From the NCBI RefSeq assembly GCF_963921235.1, contig NC_086097.1, forward strand, positions 113,462,001 through 113,526,000: a stretch of 64,000 nt of DNA. Reading direction: 5' to 3'. A program made the position numbers and the translations under genes. Under the pieces are notes generated by a model. The model had not been told where the DNA came from. It saw only the letters and a program-made list of their open reading frames with translations, and did no database searches. How positions within the stretch are numbered: the first letter of the stretch is position 1; the number at the start of each line of letters is the position of its first letter. Below are positions 52,665 through 64,000 of the stretch, piece after piece. This DNA is from Mobula hypostoma (taxonomy: Eukaryota).

Positions 52665-54360
52665 CATATGACACAGGAGCAGAATTAGGCCATTCAGCCC
52701 ATCGAGACAGCTCTGCCATTCCATCATGGCTGATCCCAGATCCCATTCAACCTTATACACCTGTGCCTTCTCTCCATATCTTTTGATGCCCTGACAGATC
52801 AGGAAATGATCAACTTCCACCTTAAATATATGCATGGACTTGACCTCCTCTGCAGTCTGTGGCAAAGCATTCCACAGATTTGCTACTTTCTGGCTAAAAG
52901 AATTCCTCCTTACCTCTGTTCTAAAGGGTCACTGCTCAATTTGGAGGCCGTGCCCTCACCACCATTGGAAACATACTCTCCACATCCACCTTATCTGGTC
53001 ATTTCAACATTCGGTAGGTTTCAATGAAAATCCCAAACATCCTTCTAAATTCCAGTGAGTAGAGGCTTCTCACTTCCCTTCATTCCCAGAATCATCCTCG
53101 TGAACCTTGTCTGGACTCTCTCCAATGACAACACATCCTTTCTGGGATATGAGGCCCAAAACTGTTAACAATATTCTAAGCGCGGCCTAGCTAGTGTCTT
53201 ATAAAGACTCAGCATTATCTCCTTACTTCTATATTCTATTCCCCTTGAAATAATTGCCAACATTGCATTTGCCTTCTGTACCACGGACTCAACCTGTAAA
53301 TTAACCTTTTGGGAGTTTTGCACAAGGACTCCTAAGTCCCTCTGCAGTACTGCTGTTTGAATTTTCTCCCCATTTAGATAATAGTCTGCATTATTGATCC
53401 TTCTACCAAAATGCATTATCATACATTTCCCAACATCCATCTGCCTCTTTTTTTGCCCATTCTTCCAATTTGTCTAAGTTCTGCTGCAAACACATTGCTA
53501 CCTCAGCACTACCTACCCCTCCACCTATCTTCATATCATCTGCAAACTTTGCCACAAAGCCATCAATTCCATTATCTAAATCAGTGACAAAGAATGCGAA
53601 CAGCAGCGGTCCCAAAACTGACTCCTGCAGAACACTTCTAGTCACTGGCAGCCAACCAGAAAAGGCCCCTTTTATTCCCACTCACTGCTTCCTGCCTGTC
53701 AGGCATTCTGCTGTCCATGTCAGTATCTTTCCTGTAATGCCATAAAATTTTATCTTAAGCAACTTTATGTGTGGCACCTTATCAAATGCCTTCTGAAAAT
53801 CCAAGTAAATGGCATCCACTGACTCTCCTTTGTCCACTCTGCTTGTTACTTCTTCGAAGAATTCCAATAGATTTGTCAGGCAAAATTTCCCTTTACAGAA
53901 ACTGTGTAGACTTTGACCTATTTTATCATTAGTCTCCAAGTACCTTGCAACCTCATCCTTAATAATGGACTCCAACACTTTCTCAACCACTGAGGTTAGG
54001 TTAACTGGCCTACAATTTACTTTCTTTCGCCTTCCTCCCTTCTTAAAGAGTGGAGAGACATTTGCAATCTTCCAGCCCTCCAGGACCATGCCAGAATCAA
54101 GTGATTCTTGAAAGACCATGACCAATACATCTGTTATCTCTTCAGCAACCTCTCTCAGGACTCTGGGATGTAGTTCATCTGGCCCAGGTGACTTATCCAC
54201 CTTAAGACCTTGGAGTTTGCCTAGTACTTTTTCTTTTGTAGTAGCAACAGCACTCACTCCTGCTCCCTGACACTCACAGACCTCTGGCACACAGACCTCT
54301 TCCACAGTTAAGACAGATGTAAAGTACTCATTAAGTTCATCTGCCATTTCATCAACTTTG
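52665..54360 (-). mobile_element. CR1 LINE ORF2 fragment
   Basis: VDKSPGPDELHPRVL, YLDFQKAFDKVPH, KFADD.KIGG. Confidence 0.93.
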
Positions 54361-55124
54361 AGCTGAATTCCTTGAGCAGCCAACACTTGCTGCAGATGTG
54401 GTCACCAGGAACCACAATGTGGTCCACCAGTTCACACATCATGCAGCCACAGCATATCACCTGATCCTGCATTATCCCTATTTTATTTAAACAGTTGTAA
54501 TTTAGTGACGTTTTATTCAACCACTACAAAAGCCTTACGAGCTACATACCTGTGCCTCCTCACCAAAGCCTCGTTCCCACTCCTACACTGGTCCACTCAC
54601 ACAATTGCAGCTCTGCTTTGACCCTGCTTTACTTTTATTTGCTCCTGCTAATGAATCGTGTATCCATTGGTCCACCGCTAATGTAGATTTCTACAGAAGC
54701 TGCTAGACCTATTGAATGTGTCCAGCAGTTTCTGTTTCTGCTTCAGACTTAAAACATCAATGTATTTGAGTTTTGAACTCTGCATGGACACAGCTTGGTA
54801 TCTACCATTCTGTCTATGGCAATAGAAAATATTTCATCCACATGCCCATTCAAAAGTTGTACATGAAATTCTATGTAATGTAACTTTTTCATAGATACTG
54901 CCTGGCTTGCTGAGTTCCTCCAACATTTTGTGCGTGTTGTTTTGGATTTCCAGCATCTACAGATTTTCTTGTGTTTGTTGAACTTTATGTGCTCACATAG
55001 CCCAGCTTTGATGGACCTCCTGAATTTATGGCTTTAGAATAACAAATAAGCACAGTGCACCATCTAGTGGCTGATATATGGTTTCACTTTACTCTCTGGT
55101 TAATTTGCTAAAATGGTTAGCACC

Positions 55125-56960
55125 ACGACCCATTGTTTCAGCTTGTTCCTGCCCCACAGAATGCATATCGGCATACCTCAACTCTGTTTTATCCCCCCTA
55201 GTTCAGTCCCTTCCTACCTACATCTGTGACACTTCACATGCTCTGGCTGTTTTCGATGATTTCAGGTTCCCTGGCCCCCATCATCTTATCTTTACTGTGG
55301 ATATCCAGTCCCTATACACATCCATCCCCCACTAGGAAGGCATCAAAGCTCTCCATTTTTTTTTTCTGGACACCAGATCTAACCAGCTCCCCTCCACCAC
55401 CATTCTCCTCCGCCTAGTGGAACTTGTCCTCACTCTAACTAAGTTCTCCTTTGGCTCCTCCCAATTCCTTCAAACAAATGGACACTCACATGGTTCCCAG
55501 CTATGCCTGCTTGCTTGTCGGGCTACATGGAACAGTCCATGTTCTAAGCCTACACTGGTGACCGTCCCGCACTTTTCCTATGCTACATCGATGACTACAT
55601 CGGTGATGATTCCTGCACCCATGCTGAACTCATTGACTTCATCCACTTTGCCTCCAACTTCCACCCTGCCCTCAAATTTACCTGGTCCATTTCCGACACC
55701 TCCCTCCCCTTTCTCGATCTCACTGTTTCTATCTCTGGAGACAGCTTATCTACTGAAGTCTATTACAAACCCATGGACTCTATCCCGCTTCCCACCCTGC
55801 TACTTGTAAAAACATCATCCCCTCTCAATTCCTTGACTTGCTCTCAGGATGAGGCTTTTCATTCTCGAACGAAAGAGATGTCCTCCTTTTTGAAAGAAAG
55901 GGGCTTTCCTTCCTCCACCATCAACGTTGTCCTCAACCGCATCTCTTCCATTTCACACACATCTGCTCTTACCCCATCTTCCCGCCACCCTACCAGGGAT
56001 AGGGTTCCTTTTGTCGTCACCTACCAGCCCACTGCCTCCACATCCAGCACATTATTCTCTGAAGCTTCCACCACCTCCAACAGGGTCCCACCATCAAGCA
56101 CATCTCTTCCTCCCACCACTTTCTGCAGGGATTGCTCCCTACATGGCTCCCTTGTCTGTTCATTCCTTCCCATTGATCTCCCTCCTGGCACTTATCCTTA
56201 CAAATGAAATAAGTGTTACACCTGCCCCTACACCTCCTCCTTCACTACCATTCAAGGTCCCAAGCAGTCCTTCCAGGTGAGGTGACACTTCACCTGTGAG
56301 CCTGTTGGGGTCATATACTGTGTCCAGTGTGGCCTCCTGTATATCAGTGAGACCAGATGTAGATTAGGAGACTATTTTGCTGAGCACCTATGCTCTGTCT
56401 GCCAGACAAAGCAGGATCTCCCAGTGGCCACCCATTTTGATTCCACTTCTCATTCCCATATGTCTATCAATGGCCTCATCCACTATCGTGATGAGGCTAT
56501 GCTTAGGGTGGAGGAGCAACACCTTGTATTCTGTTTGAGTAGCTTCTCACCTGATGGCATGAACATCGATTTCTCAGACTCTGGTAATGTCCCCCACACC
56601 CCAACCAACATTTCCCATCCCCTTTTCCCTCTCTCACCTTATCTCCTTGCCCACCCATTGCCTCTCTCTGGTGTTCCTTCTCCCTTTTCTTTCTTCCATG
56701 GCCTTCTGTCTCTTCCACCAATCAACTTCCCAGCTCTTCACTTCATCCCTCACCCTCCAGGTTTCACCTATCACCTGCTGCTTCTCTCTCCCCTCCCTGC
56801 ACCTTTCAAGTCTACTCCTCAGCTTTTTTTTTACCAGTCCTGCAGAAAGATTTCAGCCTGAAACATTGACTGTACTCTTTTCCATAGATGCTGCCTGGCC
56901 TGCTGAGTTCCTCCAGCATTTTGTGTGTGGCTCAGATTTCCTGCAGATTTTCTCTTGTTT
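55125..56960 (+). mobile_element. Older Penelope-like element (RT + GIY-YIG remnants + tail)
   Basis: RPIVSACSCPTE, DIQSLYTSIPH, YIDD, VIYC..LYI.ET; degenerate hammerhead at 56835-56872. Confidence 0.9.
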
Positions 56961-57806
56961 ATAATTAAGATGAAATGAATTGTATTACTAACTTGGTCCA
57001 ATTATCAATTTAAACTACTTGCACATAGACACTTTTATAGAATACATAAAACTGTTGGGCTTATGGGAGAAGAGGGTAAAACAAGAAAGGAAGGAACTAT
57101 TTTTACACGACTTAGAATTGGGCATACTATGCCTAATTATTCCTCGTATCTTGGGAAAACAGTTCTGGGTTGTGTAGGTATTGTCATCATTATAAATCAG
57201 CTGAAAATATGCTTTTACAGTGTGAAGCATATAAGGTTGAAAGAAAGTAGGCTTCAGTACAATCTTCAGGGGTTGACAGTTTTCATTTCAGTTGTTATGG
57301 GAGTGACTAACTTAATTCACAGTATTGTCTTTGTTTACTTACAATCTGCAGGGTTTTTTGGGGTATTTTAACTTTCATTTGAAAGACAAGTAGTAACAAG
57401 AAGGGTGAAGAAGCCAGAGTAAGGTGGGAAGAGGGGAAGGAGTGTAAATGGGCAGATGATAGTGAGATCAGGCAAGGGGGAAGTTGGGTGTGTGGGGAGG
57501 GGGCATGATGGAAGAAGCTGGGCTGCGATAGGTGGAAAGGTGGAAGAGTTAAAGGGTTGAAGAAGTTAGGGAGGCGGGGTTTGTGCTGACGCTGTGAGTT
57601 AACTGAAATTAAAATGGGGATGTGTAGTATTGTAATCTATGAGTTTGTCTGCAGATAGTGAATGACTCAACTCTCATTTGACCCTAACTTGCATGAGTAA
57701 CAACTACACAAACACTTCTTTTTTCCAGTTGATTCCACCTGCTTTTGGAACCCAGGAATCATGAAACTAACCGAAGCAGTCCTGATTACAAACTAACCAA
57801 ACATAT

Positions 57807-58262
57807 ACACAAACACGAGGAATTCTGCAGATGCTGGAAATTCAAGCAACACACATCAAAGTTGCTGGTGAACGCAGCAGGCCAGAAAGCATCTCTAGGA
57901 AGAGGTACAGTCGACGTTTCAGGCCGAGACCCTTCGTCAGGACTAACTGAAGGAAGGGCTAGTAAGAGATTTAAGAGTGGGAGGGGGAGGGGGAGATCCA
58001 AAATGATAGAAGACAGGAGGGGGAGGGATGGAGTCAAGAGCTGGACAGGTGATTGGCAAAAGGGATATGAGAGGATCATGGGACAGGAGGCCCAGGGAGA
58101 AGGAAAAGGGGGAAGGGGGGGGGAAACCCAGAGGATGGGCAAGGGGTATAGTCAGAGGGCAAGGGGGAGAAAAAGGAGAGAGAAAGAATGTGTGTATATA
58201 AATAAATAAATAACGGATGGGGTACGAGGGGGAGGTGGGGCATTCGCGGAAGTTAGAGAAGT
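57807..58262 (-). mobile_element. Penelope-tail repeat with 13-bp TSD
   Basis: TAACCAAACATAT at 57794-57806 and 58263-58275; collinear with 39740-40190. Confidence 0.9.
57909..57944 (-). ncRNA. Minimal type I hammerhead ribozyme motif (intact core)
   Basis: AGTC-CTGACGA-AGGGTCTCGGCCT-GAAA-CGTC-GACT on the - strand. Confidence 0.78.
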
Positions 58263-58748
58263 TAACCAAACATATGTTATTTTTTGGGGTGTCATCATAC
58301 AAGCTCTTCATTTGACAGCTGTCAGGAAATGCACACATAGTACTTTAATGAAAGAAAATGGGGCGGGGGGAAACAACTAAATCAAAGAATTTTCTGTGGG
58401 TTCCCTGATTGGGTATTGCAGAAGACAACAACAATCTAAATGTAATTTAATTTCTTGGCAATTGAACATTAACCAATATAATGTACCTTGAGGATAATAT
58501 ATCTTTCAAATTGTTCAATATATTAGCTCTATTTCCCATTGAGAGTGACAAACTCCAGCAGCGCAGTGATTCGTTTTCATACAAGAGCTTATGCATATCG
58601 TGTTGGAAATCATTGTTTTTGTAATAATGTTTTTTAAATAAGATTTGTACTTTGAGCACTCGTAATTTTTTACAGTATGTGGTGGTTCATCCTCACTCCC
58701 TGGCAGAGCGCCGTATAGCAGCTAAACTAACGGTTTATCACCTTCCAA

Positions 58749-58976
58749 CAACACACATCAAAGTAGCTGGTGAACGCAGCAGGCCAGGCAGCATCTCTAG
58801 GAGGAGGTACAGTCGATGTTTCATGCCCAGACCCTTCGTCAGGACTAACTGAAGGAAGAACTAGCTCTTCCTTCAGTTAGTCCTGACGAAGGGTCTGGGC
58901 TCGAAACGTCGACTGTACCTCCTCCTAGAGATGCTGCCTGGCCTGCTGCGTTCACCAGCTACTTTGATGTGTGTTG
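58749..58976. repeat. 228-bp spacerless palindrome of the Penelope tail
   Basis: Arms reverse-complementary around CTAG (58861-58864) with a few mismatches; insertion flanked by TTTATCACCTT (58734-58744, 59017-59027). Confidence 0.95.
58879..58914 (+). ncRNA. Minimal type I hammerhead ribozyme motif (mirror copy on - at 58811-58846)
   Basis: AGTC-CTGACGA-AGGGTCTGGGCTC-GAAA-CGTC-GACT. Confidence 0.72.
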
Positions 58977-59870
58977 CTTGAATTTCCAGCATCTGCAGAA
59001 TTCCTTGTGTTTGCGCTTTATCACCTTTCTCACTTTTCATTGGCTAAGTATTAGTACATGGCAAATGCGATGTAATTGTTTTAACTATGTAGCCTATTGG
59101 CTAGTTTATTCCTATCTAGGGAATTTCTTATCTATAAAAAATAATGAATTTTTCAGAGGCACCACCTTCATTCCTTTTGTCTTTGCATCCATTCACTCAC
59201 CTCTTAGCATTGTTTCTCAGCTCTTTGCTTAGTTTGCTTAGTATGTGTATGTTTGTATTTTAAAATAAACTGACATCTTAGAATTAAGATACTCATCATT
59301 CCTGACTCCTGGATGAACCCTCAGGATCAGAAAATAAACACATCCATCAGAAGCAATCTAAAAATGTTTTGGTAGCATTTAGCATGAATATTGACCCAAG
59401 CACCTTGATTTGGGACCTTGCACCTTTAACAAAGTTATTTTGTTAAGGGCTTATTTAAAAGACAACATCTCCATTGGCTTGAACAATGTTAAGCCTCGAC
59501 CTTTGATTTCTTCACAGTTAAAAAACAAGGATGCAGCAACGGTATGGGGTGGGAGTGAGTGAGAGAGGAAGTCAACTTGCTGCTGAAAAACACCCAGATA
59601 ATTATTTGGCCAGGTCCCACATTCTTTGATAAATATTACTTATTTATTTCAATTGTTTCCTTTGAGTAGGGGAACAAATGTAGTACATGCCTCAGGAGTG
59701 CAATCATTTTCCAGTTAATTTTATGTGCTTATTCCTTTTTTACTTTATCCAGTTCTGTACACTTATTAGTTTAATTTTCCATTCTGTTCTCCAGTTCCGC
59801 TGAATAGTTGCACCCAAGATTTTAACCATTTAATCTTCACACAGCTGCTAAGTGGCCTGCAATTTGACTC

Positions 59871-62800
59871 TGGCGGGAAAGTTTAATAGAGCTGTTAGGG
59901 AGGGTTTAAACTAATTTGGCAGGGGGATGGGAACCGGAACGATAGAGCGGAGGAAGGGGAAAACAGAAATAAATCTAAGATAGTGAGCAGTAAAGATGTC
60001 AGGAAAGACAGGCAGGTGATGGGGCAAATGTGTAGCCATTGGGATGAGTTGCAGTGCAATAAAGTTGCAGTGAAATCAAAGCAAAAAGTATCAAATACTG
60101 GTCTTAAGGTGTTATACTTAAATGCACGCAGCATAAGAAATAAGGTGGATGATCTTGTCGTACAGCTACAGATTGGCAGGTATGATATTGTGGCCATCAC
60201 TGAGACCTGGCTAAAGGATGCATGTCTCTGGGAGCTGAACGTCCAAGGATACACGGTGTTTCGGAAGGATAGGAAGGTAGGCAGAGGGGGAGGCATGGCT
60301 TTATTGGTAAGAAATGATATTAAATCATTAGAAAGAGGTGATATAGGATCGGAAGGTGCAGAATCTTTATGGGTTGAGCTAAGAAATAGCAGGGGTAAAA
60401 GGACCCTGATGGCAGTTATTTATAGGCCTCCAAACAGCTGCAGGGATGTGGACTACAAATTACAACTGGAAATAGAAAAAGCTTGTCAGAAGGGCAGTGT
60501 TATGATAATTGTGGGGGATTTTAACATGTGAGTAGATTGAAAAAATCAGGTTGGCACTGGATCTCAAGAGAGAAAATTTGTAAAATGTCTGCGAGATGGC
60601 TTTTTAGAACAGCTTGTTGTTGAGCCCACTAGGGGATCGGCTGTACTGGATTGGGTATTGTGTAATGAACCAGAGGTGATTGGAGAGATTGAGGTGAAGG
60701 AACTCTTAGGAGGCAGTGATCATAACATGATTGAGTTCAATGTGAAATTAGAAAAAGAGAAGCCGAAATCTGATGTGTCGGTGTTTCAGTGGAGTAAAGG
60801 AAATTACAGTGGCATGAGAGAGGAACTGGCCAAAGTTGACTGGAAAGAGACACTGGCGGGAAAGATGGCAGAGCAGCAGTGGCTGGAGTTTATGCGAGAA
60901 ATGAGGAACGTGCAAGACAGGTATATTCCAAAAAAGAAGAAATTTTCAAGTGGAAAAAGGATGCAACCGTGGTTGACAGGAGAAGTCAAAGCCAAAGTTA
61001 AAGCTAAGGAGAGGGCGTACAAGGAAGCAAAAATTAGTGGGAAGACAGAGGATTGGGAAGTCTTTAAAACCTTACAAAAAGAAACCAAGGTGGTCATTAA
61101 GAAAGAAAAGATTAACTATGAAAGGAAACTAGCAAATAATATCAAAGAGGATACTAAAAGCTTTTTCAAGTATATAAAGAGTAAAAGACAGGTGAGAGTA
61201 GATATAGGACCGATAGAAAATGATACTGGAGAAATTGTAATGGGAGATGAGAAGATGGCAGAGGAACTGAACAAGTATTTTGCATCAGTCTTCACTGAGG
61301 AAGACAGCAGGATACCGGACACTCAAGGGTGGCAGGGAAGAGAAGTGTGTGCAGCCACAATTACGACAGAGAAAGTACTCAGGAAGCTGAATAGGCTAAA
61401 GGTCAATAAATCTTCTAGACCAGATGGAATGCACCCTCGTGTTCTGAAGGAAGTAGCTGTGGAGATTGCGGAGGCATTAGCGATGGTCTTTCAAAGGTCG
61501 ATAGATTCTGGCATGGTTCCGGAAGACTGGAAGATTGCAAATGTCACTTCGCTATTTAAGAAGGGGGCAAGGAAGCAAAAAGGAAATTACAGACCTGTTA
61601 GCTTGACGTCGGTGGTTGGGAAGTTGTTGGAGTTGATTGTCAAGGATGAGGTTACAGAGTACCTGGAGGCATATGACAAGATAGGCAGAACTCAGCATGG
61701 ATTCCTTCAAGGAAAATCCTGCCTGACAAACCTATTACAATTTTTTGAGGAAATTACCAGTAGGCTAGACAAGGGAGATGCAGTGGATGTTGTATATTTG
61801 GATTTTCAGAAGGCCTTTGACAAGGTGCCACACATGAGGCTGTTTAACAAGATAAGAGCCCATGGAATTACGGGAAAGTTACATACGTGGATAGAGTGTT
61901 GGCTGATTGGCAGGAAACAGAGAGTGGGAATAAAGGGATCCTATTCTGGTTGGCTGCCGGTTACCAGTGGTGTTCCACAGGGATCAGTGTTGGGGCTGTT
62001 TCATTTTACATTGTACATCAACGATTTGGGTTATGGAATAGATGGCTTTGTGGCTAAGTTTGCTGACGATACAAAGATAGGTGGAGGGGCGGTAGTGCTG
62101 AGGAAACGGAGAGTCTGCAGAGAGACTTGGATAGATTGGAAGAATGGGCAGAGAAGTGGCAAATGAAGTACAATGTTGGAAAGTGTATGGTTATGCACTT
62201 TGGCAGAAAAAATAAATGGGCAGACTATTATTTAAATGGGGAAAGAATTCAAAGTTCTGAGATGCAGCGGGACTTGGGAGTCCTCGTACAGGATTCCCTT
62301 AAAGTTAACCTCCAGGTTGAGTCGGTAGTGAAGAAAGCGAATGCAATGTTGGCATTCATTTCTAGAGGAATAGAGTATAGGAGCAGGGATGTGATGTTGA
62401 GGCTCTATAAGGCGCTGGTGAGACCTCACTTGGAGTACTGTGGGCAGTTTTGGTCTCCTTATTTAAGAAAGGATGTGCTGACGTTGGAGAGGGTACAGAG
62501 AAGGTTCACTAGAATGATTCCGGGAATGAGAGGGTTAACATATGAGGAACGTTTGTCCGCTCTTGGACTGTATTCCTTGGAGTTTAGAAGAATGAGGGGA
62601 GATACCTCAGAAACATTTCGAATGTTAAAAGGCATGGACAGAATAGATGCGGCGAAGTTGTTTCCCATGATGGGGGAGTCTAGTACGAGAGGGCATGACT
62701 TCAGGATCGAAGGGCGCCCTTTCAGAACAGAAATGCGAAAAAATTTTTTTAGTCAGAGGGTGGTGAATCTATGGAATTTGTTGCCACGGGCAGCAGTGGA

Positions 62801-62987
62801 GGCCAAGTCATTGGGTGTATTTAAGGCAGAGATTGATAGGTATCTGAGTAGCCAGGGTATCAAAGGTTATGGTGAGAAGGCGGGGCAGTGGGACTAAATA
62901 GGATAAAATGGATCAGCTCATGATAAAATGGCGGTGCAGACTCAATGGGCCGAATGGCCTACTTCTGCTCCTTTGTCTTATGGTCTT
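59871..62987 (+). mobile_element. CR1 LINE with near-complete ORF2 (stops near 60530, frameshift near 62090)
   Basis: Same subfamily as 26705-30040; APE and RT motifs intact. Confidence 0.97.
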
Positions 62988-63734
62988 AACCTGTCAGTAA
63001 AGGCCACACTGAACAGGGTAATCCAGGGTATTCAGGTACTCTACAGTGGTTTGTGCTGCAGGTACATAACAGGTATGACACAGATGTACAGAATTCAGCA
63101 TTACATCTCAAAACTGGGAAGACGTTGCTCCAGTAGAGGTAGCTGGAGGAAACCGGTTCAGGAGGGGGGCAGTGCTACATAAGAATGATCTCCACTGTGC
63201 TGAGAATAAGCGGCAGATGTGAAAGGAGAGACTGAGAAACCCCAAAAAAACAACCACTAACCATAACCACTTCTTACTTTTAGCCACACTGCCCCAAAAT
63301 ATGTAGATCCTGGGTCGGTCTGTACAGCCACCTGAGGACCTACCAACAGAGGAGTCATCATACTCAACTCCAGTGATGGCACGACTATTTACTGTCATTG
63401 AACTCTCACTGCTCCAAGAACAACGCAAACCATCATAAATAAATATGGGAATAGAAGTGACACAAAGCAATCCACTAATGCACACTTCCAAATATGCAGG
63501 TACAGCATTTTAATTAAATGTAAAAACCTGCACTTTGAATTAGCAATAACTCTTATAAAATAAGGACATGTTAAAGTACTTATTGTAATCAAATAGAACA
63601 TCACTAGTAATCAGGTTACAGAAATACAATTTTGTGCAGAAGCAGTTGAATCACAGGCCACTCCCATTAAGAAAACATTTTAAATAGATCTATAAAAATA
63701 GCAGCAAAGTACAAAGATATTGAAGTAAACTATA

Positions 63735-64000
63735 TACACTGCGGCCACTTTTTTAGGTACACCTGCTGGTTAATGTAGATATCTAATCAGCCAATCATGT
63801 GGCAGCAGCTCAAAGCATAAAAGCATGCAGACATGGTCAAGAGGTTCAGTTGTCGTTCAGACCAAACATCAGCATGGGGAAGAAATGTGATCCAAGTGAC
63901 TTCGACCATGGAATGATTGTTGGTGCCCCACAGTGTGGTTTGAGTCAGAAATTGCAGATCTCCTGGGATTTTCATGAAGAACCCTCTTGAGTTTACAGAG
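63735..64000 (+). mobile_element. Tc1 element left end (runs off the window)
   Basis: TA + CACTGCGGCCACTTTTTTAGGTACACC TIR, then MGKKCDPSDFDHGMIVGA; same family as 20150-20674. Confidence 0.85.

Noticed and set aside
59871..62987. Intact autonomous CR1
   Set aside because: ORF1 and the 5' UTR are absent; ORF2 has stops and a frameshift.
63108..63491. 127-aa ORF as a possible FZD6 terminal exon
   Set aside because: No recognisable similarity to the Frizzled-6 C-terminus and no convincing splice signals.

Overview
Eukaryotic, repeat-dense vertebrate DNA. The HE1-like V-SINEs and the CR1, Rex/Babar and Penelope content point to a cartilaginous fish, probably a ray (inference). There are two host genes. 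One is the last coding exon of SLC25A32 (+, 649-778). The other, convergent with it, is a complete 4-exon CTHRC1 (- strand, 38079 to 3036, 230 aa, all introns GT-AG). The rest is mostly transposable elements. These are many CR1 and Rex/Babar LINE pieces, V-SINEs and other tRNA-derived SINEs, Tc1 and hAT remnants, and an 11.5-kb Gypsy LTR retroelement in CTHRC1 intron 1 (PNMA-like gag plus integrase, PR/RT/RNase H deleted, both LTRs interrupted by CR1). There are also two Penelope-like (RT + GIY-YIG) elements. The most notable signal is a high-copy Penelope-tail repeat carrying a minimal type I hammerhead ribozyme motif (AGTC-CTGACGA-A-stem II-GAAA-CGTC-GACT). About 13 copies are present, including TSD-flanked mini-elements and a 228-bp spacerless palindrome with one ribozyme motif per strand. 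A second notable signal is a 13-nt match to tRNA-Arg(ACG) inside both Gypsy LTRs, in addition to the PBS, suggesting extended primer pairing. TE boundaries and identities were judged by eye and are approximate.
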